The position numbers were made by a program, and so were the translations under genes. Positions 55,728-64,000 of a stretch of 64,000 nucleotides of DNA are shown here, piece by piece (the first letter of the stretch is position 1; each line of letters starts with the position of its first letter). A model generated the notes under the pieces. It had not been told where the DNA came from and ran no database searches. It was given only the letters and a program-made list of their open reading frames with translations. Origin of the DNA: a bacterium (GTDB lineage Bacteria; Bacteroidota; Ignavibacteria; UBA10030); contig JAZDJN010000087.1 of the NCBI GenBank assembly GCA_043803945.1, positions 224,001 to 288,000 on the forward strand, written 5' to 3'.

Positions 55728-57677
55728 TTAAGGCCGTTCCGTCGGTTGCGATACACCTCGAATCTCAGACTTCTTCCCCAGATACCACAAGAAAGCTCCC
55801 AGCAGTACTAAGAACGCGATCATCAGCACCATGATTATTCTTTCCTGACCACTGATGTCGGTAAAGAACATTGTCGTCATGAGTCCACCGATAACAATCA
55901 TTGTTGCTCCAACTAAGGGAAATACCGAGATTTGCATTTTCCCCGCTCCAAACACTTCTTTTGCGACATCAACCGGGGTGTCGAGCTTTTTGAAGAGCTC
56001 GAATATCTTTTTTCTATCTTCTTCTGTGTCAAGTGTAAAGAGCTTTGCAAAACCGAACAGGCTGATACCAAAAGCGGCTGCACAGATCCAACCAAGAAGC
56101 TTAACCATTACTGCTCCTTCCATGCCAAACCAAGATGCGAAACCCTGTATCGCTGCCGGTACTTCGCCTACGATTGTGTTTGTAAACAACGCTCCCAATG
56201 CGACCGCAATAAAAAGGCCGATCGCGGCAAGGGCACCTTTACTGCTGACATAGAGTCGTCCTGTCCACAAGGATGTTGTATAAATGCTGAGGGATAACAC
56301 GATGGCAAGGTAAACCTGCGGACCGATATTCCATCCGAGAATATAGCGACCGGCCACTCCAGCCAGCAATCCCCAGGTGATCGATGCTACCGCAGACCAT
56401 TTGGGAACGCGGCGGTTTAAGAGTCCGAAACACAATGGAATATTCACCGGTACATTAAAAAGCGTAAAAAAGGCCTGCATCATATTGAAAATGCCAAACT
56501 TGCTGTTGATAAAGAGAACGGCGAGGCCTGTTACTATCAATCCCAGCGAGATGGAGGAGATCTTTCCGATTTTCAAGAGTTCTTCATCTGTTGTTTTCGG
56601 ACGGAAGACACCTTGCACCATATCGCGAGCGACAATGGAGGAGACCATATTATAGACATAGCTGAGCGTGCTCATCGTTGCAGCGAGCATGGCTGCAATG
56701 AACATTCCGATTAATCCGTTCGGCAGCAGTTTCACACAAAGTCCCAGGTAAACAAGGTCCTGCGGATTGCTTGCAAGATAGGGCTGGAAGAAATCTACTT
56801 TCGAAAGATCGGGCCAGATGACGCGAGCTACAAGCGGCGGAATACCAAACATTAACGGGCCCGCAAGCCCAAGCACAGCGGCAAAAAAACCAACTTTAAG
56901 TGCAGATTTCTCGTCTTTGACCGAATAGAACCGTTGACCTGAACCTGCCGCAAATCCGATTGTGGAAATGACGAGGATGGAGAGCAGCCAGTGTTCATCG
57001 TAATAGACCCCGTTATAGGTGTGTTCAAACGTGAGAGGGGAGAGGGATTCAAATAATTTTCCAAATCCTCCCACAAGCATAACGCTGAGCGGCATAACGA
57101 TGAACGTTGTCGCAAGAAGAATTACTCCTTGAACAACATCTGTAACGGATACAGCCCAAATGCCGCCAAGAAATGTGTAGGCAAGGATGACCCCTCCTGT
57201 TACAAGGGTCATTGTCGTTACATCAAGATTGAGAATGGGCGCCAAGAGTTTCGATGTCGCAGCAAGTTGGACACCGGCAGAAAGGGTGAAGTTGACGGCA
57301 ATAATCCACCCCAGTAGTTGTTGTGTGGTAACGTTATACCGCGTATGTGTATATTCAACCGGTGAAATTGAGCGTGATCTTCTCCAGAGCTTAGCGGTCA
57401 GCAGTGTACCAAAGAAATAGGCAATTGAACCGAGCGAGAACCATATCAACATAAAAGGCCCTGTGCTGTACGTGAATCCCGCCGCACCAGAGAATGTCCA
57501 GGCCGTAAAGTTTGCCATGTAAAGCGTCATACCCGATGCCCACCAGGGTATCATGTTACCGCCGGCGAAATATTCTTTCGCTCCTTTGTTGAACCGCATG
57601 AAGTACAGGCCAATGCCCAGCATGAAAAGAAAATAGGATCCAACCACAACATAGTCGAAGATGTTCACCGATTTCAT
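55728..57677 (-). CDS. Sodium:solute symporter (SSS), tandem copy 1
   Basis: Same motifs; collinear with and highly similar to 53768-55690. Confidence 0.92.
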   Translation of the reverse strand: MKSVNIFDYVVVGSYFLFMLGIGLYFMRFNKGAKEYFAGGNMIPWWASGMTLYMANFTAWTFSGAAGFTYSTGPFMLIWFSLGSIAYFFGTLLTAKLWRRSRSISPVEYTHTRYNVTTQQLLGWIIAVNFTLSAGVQLAATSKLLAPILNLDVTTMTLVTGGVILAYTFLGGIWAVSVTDVVQGVILLATTFIVMPLSVMLVGGFGKLFESLSPLTFEHTYNGVYYDEHWLLSILVISTIGFAAGSGQRFYSVKDEKSALKVGFFAAVLGLAGPLMFGIPPLVARVIWPDLSKVDFFQPYLASNPQDLVYLGLCVKLLPNGLIGMFIAAMLAATMSTLSYVYNMVSSIVARDMVQGVFRPKTTDEELLKIGKISSISLGLIVTGLAVLFINSKFGIFNMMQAFFTLFNVPVNIPLCFGLLNRRVPKWSAVASITWGLLAGVAGRYILGWNIGPQVYLAIVLSLSIYTTSLWTGRLYVSSKGALAAIGLFIAVALGALFTNTIVGEVPAAIQGFASWFGMEGAVMVKLLGWICAAAFGISLFGFAKLFTLDTEEDRKKIFELFKKLDTPVDVAKEVFGAGKMQISVFPLVGATMIVIGGLMTTMFFTDISGQERIIMVLMIAFLVLLGAFLWYLGKKSEIRGVSQPTERP

Positions 57678-57840
57678 CCGCTCTGTCCTTTATCAGCTTC
57701 TGATTTATTCGTAGTGTTCTCGTTAGTAGAAGAAAAATCACTGCCGCAAGTTCGCCAGGTGTAGAAAGACGGTTAACCAAATTCTTTGACCCCCTCTTTA
57801 ATTATGAGGGTGACTAAAAAGAAAAAATAACCCTAACCCA

Positions 57841-57931
57841 AAGGCGTCCCCGCCTGCTCATTAAGAATCATTCAGGGTGGGCAGGTCGCCGAGAGAAAGA
57901 GTGAAATTATTATGCTCGGCGGAGACGCCTT
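57841..57931. repeat. Intergenic inverted repeat with an inserted hairpin
   Basis: aaggcgtccccgcc versus ggcggagacgcctt (13/14 complementary); internal cctgctca...tgggcagg. Confidence 0.55.
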
Positions 57932-57959
57932 CGCACTAGAAAATACTTTTAGCTCAATC

Positions 57960-59456
57960 CTAGTTTCCGATCGCGGCAAGATGCATAATTGCCTCCTGGC
58001 TTGCCTCGCTGCGATTCAATTCACCTGCTATGTGCCCATCTCGCATCACATAGATCCGATCGGCAAGTGTTAACACTTCTGGTAATTCCGATGAGACCAG
58101 GAGGATTGAGATTCCGTTCTCTGCCAGTTCAAAAATCAGGCGATGGATCTCTGCCTTGGCTCCGACATCAATACCGCGTGTCGGTTCATCCAAAATCAGC
58201 AACTGCGGTTTTAACCAGAGCCATTTTGCCAGCACCACCTTTTGTTGATTTCCACCGCTCAATGTTGCCGCTTCGATATCAATTGATTCTGCCTTAATGG
58301 CAAGCTGACTCAATCCCTCCCGTGCAAGCGATGCCTCGGTGGATTTGTTAATAAAGCCAGCTTTTGAGATCTGTTTCAATCCCGCCAGTGAGATATTATG
58401 TTTGATTGAGTAAGCAAGAATCAATCCCTCTCCTTTTCGATCTTCGGGAACAAATCCAATACTCTGTGAAATCGCATGCTCGGGATTGTGTATCGTCACC
58501 TGCCTGCCGTTAAGAAAGAGCTCTCCGTTATCAATGCGATTCAACCCGAAGACGCCTTTGGCTACTTCACTTCTGCCCGAACCAACCAATCCTGCAAGGG
58601 CAACAATCTCTCCTTTCCTAACGGTCAGCGAAATAGTGCTGACCGGGATCGGAGCATTTTTCATTGATACATTCTTCAATTCCAGGCGAACGTCGGATAA
58701 GATGTTCTCTCTCGCTCCGACAGCGCTATCGGTGAGCGCCCTCCCAACCATCATGCTGATGAGATCCCTCTCGCTGATACCGGCCACCTCAGCCGTACCT
58801 GTGTAACGGCCATCGCGCAGCACGGTGACACGATGGCATAATTCATAAATTTCTTTCAACCGGTGCGAGACATAGATAATTGTCAATCCTCCGGCGTTTA
58901 ATTTTTTCAGCAGAGAAAAGAGAACGGTTGTTTCGTGTTCGGTAATTGATGCCGTTGGTTCATCGAGGATGAGGATTTTCGTAGAGAAGGCAAGCGCCCT
59001 TGCAATCTGCACTAGCTGTACCTGAGCCGGTGCGAGATCTATAAGCAGCGTTGTCGGTTTAATGTTCAATTCGAGGTTTGCTAGAATCTCTTCTGCGCGT
59101 TGATTGAGCCATCCGGAGTCGACGAACCCCAGCCGATTTGTCTTTTCATGGCCGAGAAAGATGTTTTCCGCAACCGACATGTGCGGCACCAGGTTCGGCT
59201 CCTGATAGACCGTGCTGATTCCCTCACGCTGTGCTTCAACGGGACTCAGCAGTTCTTTCACCGCTCCATAGAGTGTAATCGTGCCCGCATCTTTCCAAAT
59301 CACGCCGGAGAGAATTCTCATCAACGTCGACTTGCCGGCACCATTCTCGCCAAGCACGGCATGCACCTCGCCTTGCTTAATGCTGAAGCTTACCTGATCG
59401 AGAGCGATCGTTCCACCAAACCGTTTAGAAATATTTTGAAGCTCTATACTGTTCAT
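57960..59456 (-). CDS. Sugar ABC transporter ATP-binding protein (RbsA/MglA-like, two NBDs)
   Basis: GENGAGKST, LILDEPT twice, LSGGNQQKV; ATG 59456 overlaps the xylulokinase stop. Confidence 0.93.
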   Translation of the reverse strand: MNSIELQNISKRFGGTIALDQVSFSIKQGEVHAVLGENGAGKSTLMRILSGVIWKDAGTITLYGAVKELLSPVEAQREGISTVYQEPNLVPHMSVAENIFLGHEKTNRLGFVDSGWLNQRAEEILANLELNIKPTTLLIDLAPAQVQLVQIARALAFSTKILILDEPTASITEHETTVLFSLLKKLNAGGLTIIYVSHRLKEIYELCHRVTVLRDGRYTGTAEVAGISERDLISMMVGRALTDSAVGARENILSDVRLELKNVSMKNAPIPVSTISLTVRKGEIVALAGLVGSGRSEVAKGVFGLNRIDNGELFLNGRQVTIHNPEHAISQSIGFVPEDRKGEGLILAYSIKHNISLAGLKQISKAGFINKSTEASLAREGLSQLAIKAESIDIEAATLSGGNQQKVVLAKWLWLKPQLLILDEPTRGIDVGAKAEIHRLIFELAENGISILLVSSELPEVLTLADRIYVMRDGHIAGELNRSEASQEAIMHLAAIGN

Positions 59457-60943
59457 TTGGTTGACAATACCGAATTTAATATTTCCAGCCATTGCCGGTA
59501 AGCTTCTACATATGGCTCTCTTTCTTTCTCTGGCTCAATGGTCCCAATGTGTTCCAGTCCATTATAAGCATCCTCAGTCGATGAAACCAATCCAGCACCC
59601 ACCGCCGCAGCACGTGCTGCTCCCTGCGATCCATCCGTATTATAGAGCTCAATGCTTATGCCCGAGACGGAGGCAAGCGTCGAGCAAAAAACGGGACTGA
59701 GAAACATGTTCGCTTTTCCCACCCGCATCACCTGCGGTTTGATCTCCATAGATTCCATGATGCCGATACCATAGTGAAAAGAAAAGGCGACGCCTTCCTG
59801 AACGGCGCGGAGAACATCTTCCTTTGAATGAAGATTGAAATTAAGCTGTGTAAGGCGTGCACCGAGATCATTATCGCGGAACATGCGTTCGGCGCCATTG
59901 CCAAAAGGCAGCACGACAAGACCTTTCGCTCCGATTGGAGAAGCGCCGGCAAGCTCGTTCATTGCGGGATAACTGAGTGTTGAATCGGAAACCAGTTTCC
60001 GTATCCAACTGTTAGAAATCCCTGTCCCGTTAATACACAACAGTACTCCGATGTGGGGTGCCTTTTCTGTATGGTTAACATGAGCAAATGCATTCACCCT
60101 CGATTGCGGATCGCACTTCAACGAACCGCTGACAGCATAGACCACACCCGATGTTCCGGCTGTGGCGGCAATCTCCCCCGGTTCAAGTACACGTAACGAG
60201 AAGGCGTTATTCGGTTGATCGCCTGCACGATACGAAACAGGTATACCGATAGGTAATCCCAGCTCTTGCGCCATCGCTTCACGCAATTGTCCCTGTACTC
60301 CGATTGATGGCACAAGGTTCGCCAGAAGATCTTGCGGAATCTGGTAATACTTCAGCAGTTCCTCCGCAACGGCATGGCGCGGAAAATTCCAGAACATTCC
60401 TTCTGAAAGGCCCGATATCGTTGTGGTGCACTCGCCGGTCAAACGCAGCGCGATATAATCGCCGGGAAGAAGAATCTTATATATTTGTTCGAAGATCTTC
60501 GGCTCATGTTCTTTCACCCACCGCAATTTCGAAGCGGTGAAATTTCCAGGAGAATTCAGAAGCTGGTACAAACATTCTGTCTCCCCAATTTCCTGAAACG
60601 CCCGGCGTCCTATTTCTGCCGCACGGCTGTCGCACCAGATAATCGAGGGGCGTAACGGTTTACCGTTGGTATCCACCAACACCAGCCCATGCATCTGATA
60701 GGAAATGCCGATGGCTTTAACCTTTAGAAGCGCGTCAGGAGCCTGTGAGCCCAGAAGGCGTGTCACCGCTTTCACAGCCTGCCACCAATCATCGGGATGC
60801 TGTTCTGCCCAGCCCCGTGCCGGAGAATGGATCGTCATTTCCCTTTCCGGATAGCTTGCATAGGCAAGAACTGTTCCGTGTTCGAGATCAACAATCGATC
60901 CTTTCACAAACGAACTGCCAACATCATAACCGAGTGCAATCAT
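59453..60943 (-). CDS. xylB: Xylulokinase (FGGY family carbohydrate kinase)
   Basis: GYDVGSS, YQMHGLV, IIWCDSR, GDQPNNA, GTSGV, PFGNGAER. Confidence 0.85.
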   Translation of the reverse strand: MIALGYDVGSSFVKGSIVDLEHGTVLAYASYPEREMTIHSPARGWAEQHPDDWWQAVKAVTRLLGSQAPDALLKVKAIGISYQMHGLVLVDTNGKPLRPSIIWCDSRAAEIGRRAFQEIGETECLYQLLNSPGNFTASKLRWVKEHEPKIFEQIYKILLPGDYIALRLTGECTTTISGLSEGMFWNFPRHAVAEELLKYYQIPQDLLANLVPSIGVQGQLREAMAQELGLPIGIPVSYRAGDQPNNAFSLRVLEPGEIAATAGTSGVVYAVSGSLKCDPQSRVNAFAHVNHTEKAPHIGVLLCINGTGISNSWIRKLVSDSTLSYPAMNELAGASPIGAKGLVVLPFGNGAERMFRDNDLGARLTQLNFNLHSKEDVLRAVQEGVAFSFHYGIGIMESMEIKPQVMRVGKANMFLSPVFCSTLASVSGISIELYNTDGSQGAARAAAVGAGLVSSTEDAYNGLEHIGTIEPEKEREPYVEAYRQWLEILNSVLSTK

Positions 60944-60965
60944 TTCACTGTCTTCCAAACATTAT

Positions 60966-63248
60966 TTATACTGTGAGAGAGAGCTCAATGTTGATCTTGC
61001 GTTGCTGAGAATATTGGATTTTCAGAATCCCATTCTTGAATTCAACTTCTTTACCATTCACCAAAGCAAGATTCTTTTCAGTTGTACGGCGAAGGAGAAT
61101 ATGCAGCTTTGATGTTCTTACCGTCAGTTGAGCGGAGATTTCATTCAATCCTGCCAGCATATGCGGTTGAATCATGATGTGATCGGTCTGCGGCTGCAGT
61201 CCGATGACATCACGCACCGCAAGCGCCAGAATCTCATACCATGTCCAGCCTACAACATTCACGGGAGGCATGGGAGGTGTAATGCTCTGGCCATAGCGCT
61301 CAAACCAGCCGCCGGATTTTCCTCCATGTATTGATGCAAGCCACTGAAGCACGCGCCAGACTTTTTCATCATCCCCCGCCCTTGCATACGCCCGCGCAAC
61401 GAGCATGGAAGCCAGCGGCCATGGAGCCGGCGGGTTGTCTTCACTGGTACTATTATAACGGGGATACCCTCCCCCTTCCCATCGATGATTCCATAACTGC
61501 TCTACCCAACGGAGAGTGTTCTGTGCAAGATCGCCTTTGGGATCAATAAAGTCATAGATAATTGGATAGATTTCAATAACATCCGGTTCTGCCGAGGGTC
61601 GTCCTTCAACTGCGAGCGGAGAATTGGCAGGCATGCGCTTCCGATCGGGAGGGATGAAGTATTGCTGCCACTCACCTGTTGCTTTCCGCCGCTTGATGAG
61701 ATGACCATCCTCAACCAGTTTGAAACGAGGATTTTTCAACATCGATTCTTTTGTTTCTGCAGACGCGCGACGCCATCGTTTAGCCTCTTCTATTTTTCCA
61801 AGCGCCTGTGCAACCTCCGCCGCCTTCTCCAGCCCGAACGAGACCCAGAATTGATACGCCATTTCATATCCTTCTTCCACACCATGGGGGTCGCTTCGCT
61901 CCCAGAACTCCCGTTTGTTTTTTACCATTTTTGTTGCCGGATCGCGGAAGACTTCGAGCAGGGGAAAATCAGCGCAGCGCTTGATGCTGCTCCAGTGCTT
62001 TCTCACAAGCTCTTCATCGCCGGTATAGCAATAGTAGACCCACAGTGCGTAGAGCAGCATGCCGTTCTGATTCAACTCGGTGTATTCATAGCCGAACCAG
62101 CGGCTGGATTCTATGGTGCGTCCATCGGGACCGATTGCACTTTGCAGGTTGCGTTCAAGCATCGTGCGGGCTTGTTCTTTCATACCGCAATGGAGCAGCG
62201 CCTCGATAGCGAGTGCCTGATCGGAAACCCATTCCATGTTGTACATCCACCAGCCGGCATCCATCTTTCCGCTCTGGGCCACGACGCCGTACATACTTGC
62301 CTTCGAAATATTCAGCAGAGAATCCAGCAGCTTGTGGTGTGTGCTGATAACGTTTTTTCCCGACCAGTACGCCGCTGTCTTTTTCCAGATTACTTTGAAC
62401 GAGGTTTTCTTGAGCAGTCGTTCTTCACCATGAAGTGCATAGACATAGACCGCCTGTTTTGCCTCTCCTGCATTCAGCAAACCAAGATTGACCTGGACAT
62501 TATAGCGGCCTGCAACGGAAACCTCTTCTGCAAGAGCAGAGAGTGTTATTCTCTCCACACCAATAGCGTGTGCCGTTTTTTCTTTTTCCTGAACGGCAAT
62601 TTCATCAAAGAGTCCGAAGTTGGCATAGAGGGAAAGTCCCAGCCCAACACTGAGCCTCTTCGAAGCCGGATTCTTGACCGTGACACGGCGAAAGAGCAGT
62701 GCGCCTGTATGCGGAGAGAAGAATTCCTCCTCAATTTCACATTCGCCGGCTGTCCAGCGAAGCGATACAACCGGCACGTTCTTGGGATATTTCCACTCAA
62801 TGGATTTGAAATTTTCCCTTGTCAGCGCATAGCCCTTTACACCGGTGAACATTCCCGATTTTGCATCCGGCCCTGACTGTTCTTCGTTGATTGTAATACC
62901 CAACTTCGTATTGGTGAAGCCGCGTTCCGGGTGATAGAGAAAGGTGCTCCACTTCCGGCAAAAGCGTTCCGGGTTCATGATCGTAAGGCCGAAATACGAC
63001 GACTCAGGATCTTTCGGCGAGAATTGGACGACACCCTGGATGCGGCCATTACCAATCAGAAAATACTCGACACCTGGAATGAACGTGATAAAGTCGGGGT
63101 GCATGCGCTGCTGAACCTCGGCTTGCGGAGCTTGACCTTGTTGGGCATTATGCAATGGTTGTGCTGTTGTTGATTCTTGAGCCAGACCGACACTGCTGCC
63201 CAGTGCAAGGCCATACGCTGGTGCTTTAAGAAAATCTCTTCGTCTCAT
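60966..63248 (-). CDS. Tat-exported (alpha/alpha)6 glycoside hydrolase-like protein (GH15-like), paralog 2
   Basis: MRRRDFLK Tat motif; EYFLIGNG, FCRKWSTFLYHPERG, SGKMDAG, EWVSD, REFWER, GGYPRY. Confidence 0.7.
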   Translation of the reverse strand: MRRRDFLKAPAYGLALGSSVGLAQESTTAQPLHNAQQGQAPQAEVQQRMHPDFITFIPGVEYFLIGNGRIQGVVQFSPKDPESSYFGLTIMNPERFCRKWSTFLYHPERGFTNTKLGITINEEQSGPDAKSGMFTGVKGYALTRENFKSIEWKYPKNVPVVSLRWTAGECEIEEEFFSPHTGALLFRRVTVKNPASKRLSVGLGLSLYANFGLFDEIAVQEKEKTAHAIGVERITLSALAEEVSVAGRYNVQVNLGLLNAGEAKQAVYVYALHGEERLLKKTSFKVIWKKTAAYWSGKNVISTHHKLLDSLLNISKASMYGVVAQSGKMDAGWWMYNMEWVSDQALAIEALLHCGMKEQARTMLERNLQSAIGPDGRTIESSRWFGYEYTELNQNGMLLYALWVYYCYTGDEELVRKHWSSIKRCADFPLLEVFRDPATKMVKNKREFWERSDPHGVEEGYEMAYQFWVSFGLEKAAEVAQALGKIEEAKRWRRASAETKESMLKNPRFKLVEDGHLIKRRKATGEWQQYFIPPDRKRMPANSPLAVEGRPSAEPDVIEIYPIIYDFIDPKGDLAQNTLRWVEQLWNHRWEGGGYPRYNSTSEDNPPAPWPLASMLVARAYARAGDDEKVWRVLQWLASIHGGKSGGWFERYGQSITPPMPPVNVVGWTWYEILALAVRDVIGLQPQTDHIMIQPHMLAGLNEISAQLTVRTSKLHILLRRTTEKNLALVNGKEVEFKNGILKIQYSQQRKINIELSLTV

Positions 63249-63257
63249 GAATTATTC

Positions 63258-64000
63258 CTATCTATATGAAATAAGAACGATTGCTTTTTTCTTCAGCGGG
63301 AAGCTTGCATCGGCATACGAACTTTTTTCCACGCTGACATTTCTGTGCTGCACCGGTTTTCCGTTCACCAGAATGGATCTGGCTTTTGTTCCTTCCGGCA
63401 GGAGGAGATGCAGGTCGACTGTTGCTTTCCCTTGAAGTTCCAACACGATATTCTTTTTCGCTTGATCATGTACATAGGAATATTCAAGAGCTGCACCCGA
63501 TGCACCATAGGTGACACAGACCGAAGCTTCATGCTGGCCCGCGGCGATCCAGCGGGGAGAGAGTTTCACATGCTGGAACAGCTTATGCTGATCGACAACG
63601 CCAGCCAATCCTTCGGTGAGAGCGGAAAGCATTGACGACGATCCCCATGCATCCCTCGGCAAAGCATCGGGGCTTGTGCTGGTTTCAAGGCTTGCCGGCT
63701 CTCCATCAGGGAAGTACCAGAGATACGATGTATTGTTTTGGGTGAGCTGCTCGTATTTCAGAAGCTGCTGTACTCCATATTCCTCAAATCCATGGTCCAG
63801 AGCGGCACGGGCAATCTCACCGCCGACAAGCGGCATAATACCTCCATTACAATATGCACCCGGTTTGATCTTTTCATCGCCATAAATGCCGGCTGGAAAC
63901 GGCGGATCGATACTGAACCATTCTGCAAAGGCCTTCGTTGTTACTGCGCGCTTTTGGTATTCACGAAGAATGCTTGCAGCCATCGCGTGGGTTGCCATAC
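63258..64000 (-). CDS. C-terminal part of a hypothetical glycoside hydrolase-like protein (5' end outside the window)
   Basis: Open to the window edge; Y.NGGIMP, AWGSSSMLSALTEGLAGV followed by a beta-rich tail, typical of (alpha/alpha)6 GH C-termini. Confidence 0.55.
   Translation of the reverse strand, partial: MATHAMAASILREYQKRAVTTKAFAEWFSIDPPFPAGIYGDEKIKPGAYCNGGIMPLVGGEIARAALDHGFEEYGVQQLLKYEQLTQNNTSYLWYFPDGEPASLETSTSPDALPRDAWGSSSMLSALTEGLAGVVDQHKLFQHVKLSPRWIAAGQHEASVCVTYGASGAALEYSYVHDQAKKNIVLELQGKATVDLHLLLPEGTKARSILVNGKPVQHRNVSVEKSSYADASFPLKKKAIVLISYR

Noticed and set aside
61662-62876. 404-aa plus-strand ORF (also 39786-40664, 6535-7146, 38888-39469 and other plus-strand ORFs)
   Set aside because: They lie antisense to well-supported minus-strand genes and show no recognisable motifs; treated as shadow ORFs.
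1-64000. CRISPR arrays, tRNA/rRNA genes, transposases, prophage or defence genes
   Set aside because: No regularly spaced repeats, RNA-gene signatures or corresponding protein motifs were seen.

Overview
A bacterial window of roughly balanced GC content holding about 50 genes. Every credible gene is on the minus strand, and many are coupled by ATGA overlaps. It looks like one very large carbohydrate-catabolic locus, truncated at both edges. Transport and regulation: three sodium:solute symporters, an orphan sugar ABC ATPase, an EamA transporter and an IclR regulator with a consensus sigma70 promoter. Glycan breakdown: Tat- or Sec-exported (alpha/alpha)6 hydrolase-like and heparinase II/III-like proteins, a module of three BNR beta-propellers with two paralogous uncharacterised secreted proteins, GH38 and GH105. 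Sugar metabolism: L-rhamnose isomerase and six kinases. Unusual for such a locus is a set of enzymes acting on non-sugar groups: an MtaB methanol:corrinoid methyltransferase with a Zn-ligand-less UROD/MtaA-fold partner, a LarA racemase, glycerate kinase, an N-acylamino-acid racemase/OSBS, four unrelated amide hydrolases, a class III aminotransferase and a divergent split PreA-like flavoenzyme plus ferredoxin. My working hypothesis (inference) is a system that degrades heavily decorated glycans and salvages their O-methyl and N-acyl substituents. The locus also shows deletion scars (a 107-bp aldolase remnant, a UROD 3' fragment) and nested REP/MITE-like palindromes in the spacers. No rRNA, tRNA, CRISPR array or transposase was seen. 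All functions are assigned from motifs recognised by eye, not from database searches.
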